Below are positions 1-8,776 of a stretch of DNA of 61,536 nucleotides, one piece after another. A program made the position numbers and the translations under genes. Source of the stretch: an uncultured Clavibacter sp. (GTDB taxonomy: Bacteria > Actinomycetota > Actinomycetes > Nanopelagicales > Nanopelagicaceae); the NCBI GenBank assembly GCA_964428285.1, contig CAYRXG010000001.1, positions 1 through 61,536 of the forward strand, given 5' to 3'. The notes under the pieces are model-generated. The model did no database searches and was not told where the DNA came from. It saw nothing but the letters and a program-made list of their open reading frames with translations. Position 1 is the first letter of the stretch, and each line of letters opens with the position of its first letter.

Positions 1-973
1 CAGCGAAAGCAATCGAGAGTGTTTCGCCTTTGGCATGAGGTCCCATCATAAAGACGGCTGGGTATTTCATAGTTACCTTTGAGCCGATATTTCCATCAAT
101 CCACTCCATAGTTGCGCCTTCCGCGCAAGTTGCTCGTTTGGTGACTAAGTTGTAAACGTTATTAGACCAGTTTTGGATTGTTGTATATCTCACTCGCGCG
201 TTCTTCTTAACAATAATTTCTACCACCGCAGAGTGCAACGAATCTGAAGAATAAATTGGAGCTGTGCAACCTTCCACGTAATGAACATAAGATCCTTCAT
301 CAGCAATAATCAAAGTTCTTTCGAATTGACCCATGTTTTCTGTGTTGATTCGGAAATACGCCTGCAATGGAATTTCAACATGAACTCCCTTAGGTACATA
401 AATGAAAGATCCACCGGACCAGACCGCAGTATTTAGCGCTGCAAACTTGTTATCGCCGACAGGAATAACCGTTCCGAAGTATTCCTTAAATAGTTCCTCA
501 TGTTCCCGCAAACCTGTATCCGTATCTAAGAAAATTACACCTTGTTGCTCTAGATCTTCGCGAATTGAGTGATAAACAACCTCTGATTCATATTGCGCGG
601 CTACGCCGGCAACTAATCTTTGACGTTCTGCATCCGGAATTCCCAACTTGTCATAAGTGTTCTTGATATCTTCGGGTAATTCTTCCCATGATTTGGCTTG
701 TTTTTCGGTAGAGCGAACGAAGTACTTAATATTGTCAAAATCGATTGTCGATAAATCAGATCCCCAATTAGGAAGTGGCTTTTTATCGAACAGCGATAGC
801 CCTTTTAAGCGCAGATCAAGCATCCACTGTGGTTCACTTTTTTTCGCCGAGATGTCTTTAACAACTTCCTCATTGAGGCCTCGCTTGCTCTGAGCTCCCG
901 CAAGATCTTTATCTGCCCAGCCATATTGGTACTTGCCAATTCCTTCGAGCTCGGGATGTGTTGTTTGACTCAT
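1..973 (-). CDS. sufB: Fe-S cluster assembly protein SufB (partial, C-terminus beyond left edge)
   Basis: Absent from the ORF track because it runs off the window. My minus-strand translation from the ATG at 973-971 gives [23 protein letters not shown]...[57 protein letters not shown], typical of SufB. It lies directly downstream of sufR, as in actinobacterial suf operons. Confidence 0.9.
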   Translation of the reverse strand, partial: MSQTTHPELEGIGKYQYGWADKDLAGAQSKRGLNEEVVKDISAKKSEPQWMLDLRLKGLSLFDKKPLPNWGSDLSTIDFDNIKYFVRSTEKQAKSWEELPEDIKNTYDKLGIPDAERQRLVAGVAAQYESEVVYHSIREDLEQQGVIFLDTDTGLREHEELFKEYFGTVIPVGDNKFAALNTAVWSGGSFIYVPKGVHVEIPLQAYFRINTENMGQFERTLIIADEGSYVHYVEGCTAPIYSSDSLHSAVVEIIVKKNARVRYTTIQNWSNNVYNLVTKRATCAEGATMEWIDGNIGSKVTMKYPAVFMMGPHAKGETLSIAFA

Positions 974-980
974 CGCTTGA

Positions 981-1673
981 TCACCCTTTTCTTTTCGCGT
1001 TAGCTGTTTTCTTTAACTTTGTTGGTATGAACGTTGTGCAGACTCCATCGCCATGTGCGATTGTTGCCAATCTTTGAACATGTGTTCCTAGCACTGCGGA
1101 AAGTGCTTTGGTTTCCTCTTCACATAATTGCGGATACACAGCAGCAACGTGTGCGATTGGGCAATGATGCTGACATAGTTCAATTCCTGCTGCATGCGAG
1201 TGAGTGCTTGCTGCATAGCCTTCTTTGCTCAAGAATTTAGATAGCGAAGTGGCCCTACTTTCAAAACTTGTTCGCGCAGATTCGCCCAATTTTGTTTCAG
1301 CCTTTCGCTGCATCTCTTCTGCGCGATATCGAGCAAATCCATTTATCAGATGTTCGCCACCTTGACTTTCGAGATATCGAAGGGCTGCAACTGCTAAGTC
1401 GTCATAAGAATGTTCAAAATTCTCACGTCCGCGATCGCTTAAAACGAAAACTTTGGATGGACGGCCGCGTAAGCGTGCGCTTCGAATATGTGGCTCGCGT
1501 TCCTCCAAAATTCCATCGCTGATTAATGAATCTAAATGACGTCGGATACCAGCTGGCGTAAGTTTTAGACGTTTAGCAAGGGCTACCGCTGTAGATGGGC
1601 CGGACTCCAGAATGGTGCGCGCGACTAAGTCGCGGGTCTTTAAATCGACCCCACGATGGGTGGCTGTTTTCAC
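981..1673 (-). CDS. sufR: SufR, ArsR-type winged-helix [Fe-S] sensing repressor of the suf operon
   Basis: HTH segment [35 protein letters not shown]-terminal Cys pattern C-x3-C-x12-C ([18 protein letters not shown]), as in actinobacterial SufR. First gene ahead of sufB. I chose the GTG at 1673 as start because the longer ORF (to 1871) would overlap the divergent ctaA. The start remains uncertain; the ATG at 1769 is the alternative. Confidence 0.8.
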   Translation of the reverse strand: MKTATHRGVDLKTRDLVARTILESGPSTAVALAKRLKLTPAGIRRHLDSLISDGILEEREPHIRSARLRGRPSKVFVLSDRGRENFEHSYDDLAVAALRYLESQGGEHLINGFARYRAEEMQRKAETKLGESARTSFESRATSLSKFLSKEGYAASTHSHAAGIELCQHHCPIAHVAAVYPQLCEEETKALSAVLGTHVQRLATIAHGDGVCTTFIPTKLKKTANAKRKG

Positions 1674-1686
1674 AACGCAATTGTTG
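1673..1686. promoter_or_regulatory. Candidate SufR operator, perfect CAAC-N6-GTTG inverted repeat
   Basis: Sequence CAACgcaattGTTG sits in the 58-bp sufR/ctaA divergent region and abuts the proposed sufR GTG. As I recall, CAAC-N6-GTTG is the SufR site reported in cyanobacteria and Streptomyces. A one-mismatch copy (CAACgttaatGGTG) lies at 1772-1785. Confidence 0.5.
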
Positions 1687-1731
1687 CTTAAATCGTCGAC
1701 CACTGCCAGTTGAGCCTCGTAGGCTCTACCT

Positions 1732-2640
1732 GTGGTGCAAGTTGCGAGTGGGCGATTTCTCAAATTCATTTCAACGTTAATGGTGGTGACCCAATCTGCA
1801 ATTGTTGTCACAGGCGCATCTGTGCGTCTGACAGGTTCCGGTCTTGGATGCTCAACTTGGCCAGAATGCACCCCAGGCTCCTACATCCCCACACCTGATC
1901 AACCTGAGGCTCCACTTCATGCTTGGATTGAATTTGGAAATCGACTCTTAACTTTCGTTTTATTCTTAAATGCGCTCGCTTTGATGTTGGCAATCATTAA
2001 GAGTAAAGAACCGAAAATCATAAAAATCAAGTGGATAAGACTCGGCCTAATTCAAATTTTAGGAATTCTTGCTCAAGGCGTATTGGGCGGTATCACAGTT
2101 CTTACTGGTCTAAATCCCGCAACTGTTGCGGCACATTTTTTACTATCTATAGCGCTAATTGCCGCCGCTCTTTCATTGCGCCAGCGCGTTCATGGAAAGA
2201 CTCCAACTACACATTTTCTAAAACCGCTAAGTAAACGAATTGCATATTTACACCTGCTACTTTCTATTCTGGTCATAGTAGCTGGCACAGTTGTAACAGG
2301 TAGCGGACCACATGCAGGAGATAGTGCCGCAGAACGATTTAACCTCGATTCGCGAACGATGGCCTGGATACATGCCGACTTAGTCATTGCTTTGCTTGGA
2401 ATTACCGCCGCCCTACTGATCTCGATCAAGCTTGGCGAATCAGGTGAAACTAGGATGCAAATGGGGCGCGCTGTTCAGAGCTTCTTACTCATCGCATTGG
2501 CACAGGGGGGCGTTGGATACATTCAATACTTCACTGGCCTTCCTGAGTTAATCGTAGGTTTCCACATATTTGGGGCGATTATCGTGTGGCTATCAGCCTG
2601 GAACATTGTCATTAAAGGTAATGTCCTTACCCGAACATGA
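1732..2640 (+). CDS. ctaA: Heme A synthase (CtaA/COX15 family)
   Basis: GTG start directly after an in-frame stop. Polytopic membrane protein with the N-terminal motif VRLTGSGLGCSTWPEC and His-containing helices typical of CtaA. Its stop overlaps the tkt start (ATGA). Confidence 0.85.
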   Translation: MVQVASGRFLKFISTLMVVTQSAIVVTGASVRLTGSGLGCSTWPECTPGSYIPTPDQPEAPLHAWIEFGNRLLTFVLFLNALALMLAIIKSKEPKIIKIKWIRLGLIQILGILAQGVLGGITVLTGLNPATVAAHFLLSIALIAAALSLRQRVHGKTPTTHFLKPLSKRIAYLHLLLSILVIVAGTVVTGSGPHAGDSAAERFNLDSRTMAWIHADLVIALLGITAALLISIKLGESGETRMQMGRAVQSFLLIALAQGGVGYIQYFTGLPELIVGFHIFGAIIVWLSAWNIVIKGNVLTRT

Positions 2641-4706
2641 ACACAGTAACGAAACTTCCTGACTGGGTTGCGCTTGACGATAGAGCGGTTGCAGTTGCAA
2701 GAGCCTTGGCTATGGACTCAGTTCAGCGGGTTGGAAATGGCCATCCAGGGACTGCAATGTCACTGGCGCCAGTCGCTTACACCTTATTCCAAAGATTTCT
2801 AAAACATGATCCAAAAGATCCCGAATGGATTGGTCGGGATAGATTTATTCTTTCGTGCGGACATTCCTCTCTTACTCTTTACATCCAACTTCTATTTAGT
2901 GGGTATGGATTAACCATTGATGACTTGAAGGCATTTAGAACTTGGGGCTCGCTTACACCTGGCCATCCCGAATTTGGTCATACAAAAGGAGTTGAAACAA
3001 CTACTGGGCCTCTCGGGCAAGGAATTGCCAACGCAGTAGGAATGGCGATAGCTGCTCGCTACAAACAAGGAATTCTTGATCCTAATAATGATTTTCATTC
3101 AAGTATTTTTGCGCACAATATCTGGGTAATTTGTAGCGATGGCGATATTCAAGAGGGTGTAAGCGCTGAGGCTTCATCACTTGCGGGAACTCAAGCACTT
3201 GGAAATTTAAAGGTAATTTATGATGATAATCGAATTTCAATTGACGGTGATACGCATCATGCATTCACTGAAGATGTAAGCGCTCGCTACAAATCGTACG
3301 GCTGGAATGTAATTGAAGTTCCCGCAAAAACGAATGGCGATGTTGATCGAGAAGCACTCGAAGAAGCGATGGTAAATGCGGGCAAAGAAATTAATCGCCC
3401 AACCTTAATTCGCCTGCAAAGTGTTATTGCATGGCCAGCACCTAAAGCAAGAAATACCGCAAAATCGCACGGATCAGCTCTCGGTTCCGATGAGGTAGCC
3501 GCCACGAAAATTGAATTGGGCCTACCTGCTGAAGATTTCTATTTTCCAATAGAGATTGAAAATCACGTTCGTAAAGTCATTGATCGCAGTCAAGCATCTC
3601 GCGATGCTTGGGAAAAAGAATTTAATAAATGGCAGGCTTCAAATCCAGAAGGTGCCGCACTCCTAGAACGTCTCCGTAATAATGATCTTCCAGCGGATTG
3701 GGAAACCGCGCTCCCTCATTTCGAAGGCGGGAAAGAGATAGCGACCAGAAAAGCTTCTGGTGAAGTAATTAATAAATTAGCAGGAAAATTTCCAGAAATG
3801 CTCGGCGGATCCGCGGACTTGGCCGAAAGTAATAACACGAACATTGAAGGTGGCGGAGCTTTTCTTCCGGCTAGCTCGAAAATGCCAGGTGCTAATCCTT
3901 CCGGCAGAAATATTTTCTTTGGAATTCGCGAACATGCAATGGGAGCAATTATTAATGGAATGGCTCTTCATGGCGGACTAAAACCTTTCGCCGGCACATT
4001 CTTAGTATTTAGTGATTACATGCGCGGAGCGGTCAGATTATCTGCACTAATGCAGCTGCCAGTAACTTTTATTTGGACGCACGATTCAATTGGTCTTGGC
4101 GAGGACGGACCAACACACCAGCCGATTGAGCATCTAGCTTCTCTGCGCGCGATTCCAGGACTTGATGTAATCCGACCCGCTGATGCAAATGAGGTTTCAA
4201 TTGCGTGGCGAGAAATCATTCGAAATAGAAGACCTGCCGCGCTAATACTTTCCAGGCAGAACCTCCCAGTGTTAGATCGAAAGATAGTTAGCTCTGCAGA
4301 GAATGCGGCAAAAGGCGCCTATCCGCTTCTTGGAATTTCAAATCCTGACTTAATTCTCATTGCCTCCGGTTCAGAAGTTTCTCTTGCTTTATCTGCAGCG
4401 GAAGAATTGGCTAAATCGGGCGTCAAGGCAGAGGTTGTTAGCGCAATTTCTCTAGAGTGGTTTGCACGTCAACCTCAAAATTATCAAGAGAAAGTTCTGC
4501 CACCGGATATCAAAGCTCGGGTTAGCATTGAAGCTGGTATCAAGATGGGCTGGCGCGAATATGTGGGCGAAAAAGGCGAAATCGTTTCTATCGATCATTT
4601 CGGCGCTTCTGCATCTCATACAAAATTATTTACCGAATTTGGATTTACCGTCGAAAATGTAGTTGCCTCCGCTAAGCGTTCTCTAGAAAAATCAAAAGCT
4701 AAATAG
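2637..4706 (+). CDS. tkt: Transketolase
   Basis: 689 aa. Contains GNGHPGTAMSLAP, the TPP-binding region GDGDIQEGV, and GEDGPTHQPIEHLASLRAIPG. Confidence 0.97.
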   Translation: MNTVTKLPDWVALDDRAVAVARALAMDSVQRVGNGHPGTAMSLAPVAYTLFQRFLKHDPKDPEWIGRDRFILSCGHSSLTLYIQLLFSGYGLTIDDLKAFRTWGSLTPGHPEFGHTKGVETTTGPLGQGIANAVGMAIAARYKQGILDPNNDFHSSIFAHNIWVICSDGDIQEGVSAEASSLAGTQALGNLKVIYDDNRISIDGDTHHAFTEDVSARYKSYGWNVIEVPAKTNGDVDREALEEAMVNAGKEINRPTLIRLQSVIAWPAPKARNTAKSHGSALGSDEVAATKIELGLPAEDFYFPIEIENHVRKVIDRSQASRDAWEKEFNKWQASNPEGAALLERLRNNDLPADWETALPHFEGGKEIATRKASGEVINKLAGKFPEMLGGSADLAESNNTNIEGGGAFLPASSKMPGANPSGRNIFFGIREHAMGAIINGMALHGGLKPFAGTFLVFSDYMRGAVRLSALMQLPVTFIWTHDSIGLGEDGPTHQPIEHLASLRAIPGLDVIRPADANEVSIAWREIIRNRRPAALILSRQNLPVLDRKIVSSAENAAKGAYPLLGISNPDLILIASGSEVSLALSAAEELAKSGVKAEVVSAISLEWFARQPQNYQEKVLPPDIKARVSIEAGIKMGWREYVGEKGEIVSIDHFGASASHTKLFTEFGFTVENVVASAKRSLEKSKAK

Positions 4707-4719
4707 GGCGGAAACGAAC

Positions 4720-5817
4720 TTGTCACTTGAAGAAATTTCAAAGGCGGGAGTTTCTATCTGGCTAGATGATCTATCCCGAGAACGACTCAAGAAAGATGGC
4801 ACGGCGACTTATCTAAAGGACTTAATCGATTCCAGTCATGTCGTGGGAGTAACCACCAATCCAGCAATCTTCTCTGCTGCAATCGCTAATTCTTCGCTCT
4901 ACCAAGAAGATATTGCAGCACTTGCGCGCAAAGGATTGAATCCTGAGGAAATTATCACTGAACTTACTACATCAGATGTCAGAAATGCCTGCGAAATATT
5001 CCTGCCGGTTTTTGAAAATACTAATGGTGTAGACGGTCGAGTAAGTATCGAAGTAGATCCGAGATTCGCCCGCCTTGCAGATGAAACAGTAAAGCAAGCT
5101 ATTTTCCTCTTGGAAAAAGTTGCAATGCCAAACGTCTTGATAAAAGTACCAGCGACTATTGAAGGTCTAACTGCAATCCGAACTTTAACCGCTGCCGGAA
5201 TAAGCGTTAATGTCACAATTATCTTCTCGGTAAAACGCTATCAAGAGGTACTGGAGTCATATCTTCTTGGCCTAGAGGAACGCCTGGAAAAAGGTCTAGA
5301 AATTTCAACAATTCATTCAGTTGCCTCTTTCTTCGTTAGTCGTGTCGACACCGAAATAGATTCACGTCTTGACTCGGTCAATCAAGGAAGATTGCGAGGT
5401 ATGGCCGCATTGGCAAATGCCAGACTGGCTTATAAACATTTTTGCGAAATTAGAGAAAGCGCTCGCTGGCAGAAAATATCGGCCAAAGGCGGGAATTTGC
5501 AGAGACCACTTTGGGCTTCTACCGGCGTCAAAGATCCTACATATGATCCAACCTTGTACGTAATGGATTTAATAGCCAACCAAACCGTTAATACAATGCC
5601 AGAAAATACTTTAAATTCAGTGCGGACTAGCAACAAGTTTAGTGGAGACACCATAAGTGGTCGATATTCACACTCACAGGATCATTTGAATCAGCTCAAA
5701 GATATTGGAATTGATATTGAAGAAATTGCTCTGAAGCTTGAAGTTGAAGGCATCGACAAATTTATTAAGCCATGGATTGAACTAATAGGCGTTGTTGAAA
5801 GAGCTGCACTTGCTTGA
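4720..5817 (+). CDS. tal: Transaldolase (long actinobacterial type)
   Basis: TTG start. Contains GVTTNPAIF and the active-site Lys context LIKVPAT. Position after tkt is conserved in Actinobacteria. Confidence 0.93.
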   Translation: MSLEEISKAGVSIWLDDLSRERLKKDGTATYLKDLIDSSHVVGVTTNPAIFSAAIANSSLYQEDIAALARKGLNPEEIITELTTSDVRNACEIFLPVFENTNGVDGRVSIEVDPRFARLADETVKQAIFLLEKVAMPNVLIKVPATIEGLTAIRTLTAAGISVNVTIIFSVKRYQEVLESYLLGLEERLEKGLEISTIHSVASFFVSRVDTEIDSRLDSVNQGRLRGMAALANARLAYKHFCEIRESARWQKISAKGGNLQRPLWASTGVKDPTYDPTLYVMDLIANQTVNTMPENTLNSVRTSNKFSGDTISGRYSHSQDHLNQLKDIGIDIEEIALKLEVEGIDKFIKPWIELIGVVERAALA

Positions 5818-7306
5818 AATATCTGGGTTTGATGGGTCTTTAATTAACAAAAGCGCCTTAAATTTAATTTCTAGCAGGTTGGCAAGAAAAGATTCAACTA
5901 TCTGGGGCGCTGAGGCTGCGAAAGAAGCTGCTATTCGACTCGACTGGATAGATCTTCCAGAATCTTCTAGAACTCTGCTTCCAAAACTTGATGCGTTATC
6001 AGCTTGGTCGCGCTCAATCGGTCACAAAAATTTCATTCTCTGTGGGATGGGTGGATCTTCACTGGCCCCAGAAGTAATTGCCGCTCACTACCAGAAAGAG
6101 CTAACGGTTCTCGATTCTACAAACCCGGAACAAATAGCAGCAGTTCTTGATAAAGATCTAGGGAAAAGCTGCATAATCATCGCATCAAAATCCGGTGGCA
6201 CAATTGAGACAGCATCACAGAAGGAACTCTTTGTTGATCGCCTTACTAAACTGGGCTTGCCACCAGAAGACCATTTAGTTGTAATTACAGATCCTGGCAG
6301 CCCACTAGAGGCCTTTTCCAAAGAGATTGGCGCACAACTTGTCTTGGCAAACCCAAATGTTGGGGGAAGGTTTAGTGCGCTCAGCGCATTTGGATTGGTA
6401 CCTGCGGCACTATTGGGAATTGACGTTTCGCTAATGCTTGATGATGCCGAATCCGTATCAGAAACTTTCATAAATAATGATTCAGTTGCGATAGAGGTCG
6501 CCGCCGCGCTTGCTGATCCAGAGTTTTCCTTCCCAGAGTTTTTCGATAGAGATTCAGAAATAGTTGGAATTGCAGATTGGATTGAACAGTTAGTAGCAGA
6601 ATCCACTGGGAAAGATGGACGCGGAGTCTTGCCAATCGTTCTTCATGACTTAAAAGACGTCTCATCCGAAACCATAAGATTTCAGAAATCTGCCCATAGA
6701 TTCGTCGTAGGAACTTTAGGAGCGCAATTCATTTTTTGGGAGTGGGTAACGGCGCTACTCTGCTATTTACTAAAAGTTGATCCATTTAATCAGCCAAATG
6801 TGGCTGAGGCCAAGGAGCTTACAAATAAGTGCCTAGCAGGAAAACTAGAAGAGCAGATTCCTGTTTATGAAGATGAAGTCTTTACTGTCTACGCTACGGA
6901 GTCCAAGGAATCAATTGAAGAATATCTAAAATGGATTACTGATGGTTCATATATTGCAATCATGGCCTATTTGAATCGACAAAGTGATAAAGATTTTGTG
7001 GAGCTCCGCTCGCTTATTTCTAATAAAATTAGAAAACCGGTTACTTTTGGTTGGGGTCCAAGATTCTTACATTCAACAGGACAATTTCATAAAGGTGGGC
7101 CCTTGATTGGAGCATTCCTTCAAATTACAGCGGATTGCGAAAGAGAAGTTGCTATTCCCGGTGTTAATTATGATTTTCAAGAGTTATTGATGGCGCAAGC
7201 TAAAGGTGATTACGCTGCGCTTTCATCACGTGACTTACCGGTACTGCGAATAAATCTGAAAAATAAAGTGCAGGGTCTTGAAAAGATTAAAAGAGCGTTA
7301 AGCTAA
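5792..7306 (+). CDS. pgi: Glucose-6-phosphate isomerase (short PGI type)
   Basis: PGI signatures GMGGSSLAPEV, SKSGGTIET, GGRFSALSAFGL and ESTGKDG. The start is uncertain (5792 or the in-frame TTG at 5810). Either one overlaps the tal stop in a different frame. Confidence 0.85.
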   Translation: MLKELHLLEISGFDGSLINKSALNLISSRLARKDSTIWGAEAAKEAAIRLDWIDLPESSRTLLPKLDALSAWSRSIGHKNFILCGMGGSSLAPEVIAAHYQKELTVLDSTNPEQIAAVLDKDLGKSCIIIASKSGGTIETASQKELFVDRLTKLGLPPEDHLVVITDPGSPLEAFSKEIGAQLVLANPNVGGRFSALSAFGLVPAALLGIDVSLMLDDAESVSETFINNDSVAIEVAAALADPEFSFPEFFDRDSEIVGIADWIEQLVAESTGKDGRGVLPIVLHDLKDVSSETIRFQKSAHRFVVGTLGAQFIFWEWVTALLCYLLKVDPFNQPNVAEAKELTNKCLAGKLEEQIPVYEDEVFTVYATESKESIEEYLKWITDGSYIAIMAYLNRQSDKDFVELRSLISNKIRKPVTFGWGPRFLHSTGQFHKGGPLIGAFLQITADCEREVAIPGVNYDFQELLMAQAKGDYAALSSRDLPVLRINLKNKVQGLEKIKRALS

Positions 7307-7307
7307 A

Positions 7308-7655
7308 TTAATCTTCGTCTTCTGCTTGCAATTTCTTAAGCGCTGCATCGAGAATCTTCTTCGCTTCTGCCTCTGTGCGTCGCTCTTTCACGTAAGCTAA
7401 ATGAGTCTTATAGGGCTCATTTTTCATTGGAGATGGTGGATTATTTTTGTCTCGACCAGCCGGGAAACCGCAGCGAGGGCAATCCCATTCTTCTGGAATT
7501 GCGACAGTTCCGTCATCAGCAAATGAAGGTTTTGTTTCATGTCCATTTAGACACCAGTAAGAAATCCGGAAACGTGCAATGGCTTCGCCGCGTTCGGCTT
7601 CACCCATAGGTCCTGCGCCAACGCGAGAGCCACGGATTGCGCTTCCACCTGCCAT
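7308..7655 (-). CDS. rbpA: RNA polymerase-binding protein RbpA
   Basis: 115 aa with YWCLNGHE...WDCPRCGFPAG and a C-terminal basic/helical sigma-interaction region, diagnostic for actinobacterial RbpA. GGAGGA ribosome-binding site upstream. Confidence 0.9.
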   Translation of the reverse strand: MAGGSAIRGSRVGAGPMGEAERGEAIARFRISYWCLNGHETKPSFADDGTVAIPEEWDCPRCGFPAGRDKNNPPSPMKNEPYKTHLAYVKERRTEAEAKKILDAALKKLQAEDED

Positions 7656-7685
7656 TTGGTTTTCCTCCTTACAGACTAATTATTG

Positions 7686-7913
7686 TTATTTGAGAACTAG
7701 ACCTAGTGCAATTACCGATGAGAACCAGAGCCCTCCAACAACAATTGTGATTCGATCCAAATTCTTCTCGACTACAGATGAGCCGCCATATGTTGAAGAT
7801 AAGCCCCCACCAAATAGATCAGATAAGCCGCTGCCTTTGCCTTTGTGAAGCAGGACCAGGAGAATCATCAAGATGCTTGTAATAACTAAAGCTATCGATA
7901 GCGCTAAAGCCAA
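7686..7913 (-). CDS. secG: Preprotein translocase subunit SecG
   Basis: 75 aa with two TM helices and the Gly-rich loop HKGKGSGLSDLFGGG. Conserved position after tpiA. Confidence 0.9.
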   Translation of the reverse strand: MALALSIALVITSILMILLVLLHKGKGSGLSDLFGGGLSSTYGGSSVVEKNLDRITIVVGGLWFSSVIALGLVLK

Positions 7914-7967
7914 GTTTCACTCCTTTTGAAAAAAGCTAAGGGGCTAAGCCTACCGCTTTTTGACGCC

Positions 7968-8759
7968 TTATATGACTCGATGGAATTTACAGATTCGAGC
8001 AAATTCATCGGGCTCAAGGCTTGCTCCGCCAACTAAGGCACCGTCTATATCAGGCTGTCTCATGATGTCAACGATATTTGCAGACTTAACAGAACCTCCA
8101 TAAAGAATGCGAGCGTTTTCGGAGATTTCTTCACTCCCAATTTGAACTAGTGCTTTACGAATCTGGCCACATACCTCTTGCGCATCCTCAGGTGTTGCAG
8201 TTTTACCTGTACCAATTGCCCATATGGGCTCGTAAGCAAATACCAGTTTCTTCAAATCAGGTTTATGCAATCCTTTTAAACCTGCTTTAAGTTGATCAAT
8301 TACATACTTTACGTGAGTACCAGATTCTCTTATCGAAAGTTCTTCGCCGATACAAAATATTGGAATCATTTCATTTGCCAGTACGGCTCGAAGTTTGCGA
8401 TTCAAAACTTCATCACTCTCTCCGTGGACAGAACGCCTTTCAGAATGTCCGACTATCACATAGCTGCAATCAAGCTTCTTCAACATGGATCCTGAAATAT
8501 CCCCCGTAAAGGCTCCCGCTTTTTCTGGAGAAATATCCTGAGCACCATAAGAGATTCGCAAACGATCTCCATCAACAAGAGTTTGTACTGAGCGAAGATC
8601 AGTAAAGGGAGGAAAAATTGCTACTTCAACAGCTTCAAAATCTTTTTCTTCAAGAGAATATGCAAGTTTCTGAGTAACTGCGATCGCTTCTAGGTGATTT
8701 AGATTCATTTTCCAATTACCTGCGATTAAAGGTTTTCGCACTTTTTCCCTTTCAGTCAT
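7968..8759 (-). CDS. tpiA: Triosephosphate isomerase
   Basis: Contains IAGNWKMN, VGHSERR, AYEPIWAIGTG and GGASL. Confidence 0.97.
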   Translation of the reverse strand: MTEREKVRKPLIAGNWKMNLNHLEAIAVTQKLAYSLEEKDFEAVEVAIFPPFTDLRSVQTLVDGDRLRISYGAQDISPEKAGAFTGDISGSMLKKLDCSYVIVGHSERRSVHGESDEVLNRKLRAVLANEMIPIFCIGEELSIRESGTHVKYVIDQLKAGLKGLHKPDLKKLVFAYEPIWAIGTGKTATPEDAQEVCGQIRKALVQIGSEEISENARILYGGSVKSANIVDIMRQPDIDGALVGGASLEPDEFARICKFHRVI

Positions 8760-8776
8760 TGTCAGAGTTTTCTGGA

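Noticed and set aside
1674-1871. Long N-terminal extension of sufR (ORF track start 1871).
   Set aside because: It would overlap the divergent ctaA, whose start is pinned at 1732 by an upstream in-frame stop and the need for its first TM helix. The extension has no resemblance to SufR N-termini. The ATG at 1769 remains a weaker alternative.
5792-5817. tal/pgi overlap considered as a frameshift-disrupted Tal-PGI fusion pseudogene.
   Set aside because: Both ORFs are full length with intact catalytic motifs, and tal ends at a normal position. An overlap in a compact operon is sufficient explanation without further evidence.
6088-6606. 172-aa minus-strand ORF antisense to pgi. Similar shadow ORFs lie at 9546-9983 (anti-pgk), 10524-10856 (anti-gap), 17155-17442 (anti-uvrA) and 34852-35286 (anti-priA).
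   Set aside because: They lie entirely within well-supported genes on the opposite strand and have Ser/Ala/Pro-rich low-complexity composition. I could see no ribosome-binding site and recognised no family. They are typical antisense shadow ORFs.
7928-7962. Hairpin between tpiA and secG (AAAAAGC ... GCTTTTT flanking an inner GGC-UUA-GCC), considered as a terminator or attenuator. The direct repeat gctaag-gg-gctaag was also noted.
   Set aside because: The stem is almost all A-U, with only about 3 GC pairs and a large internal loop. secG follows immediately with its own AAGGAG ribosome-binding site. This is too weak to call.
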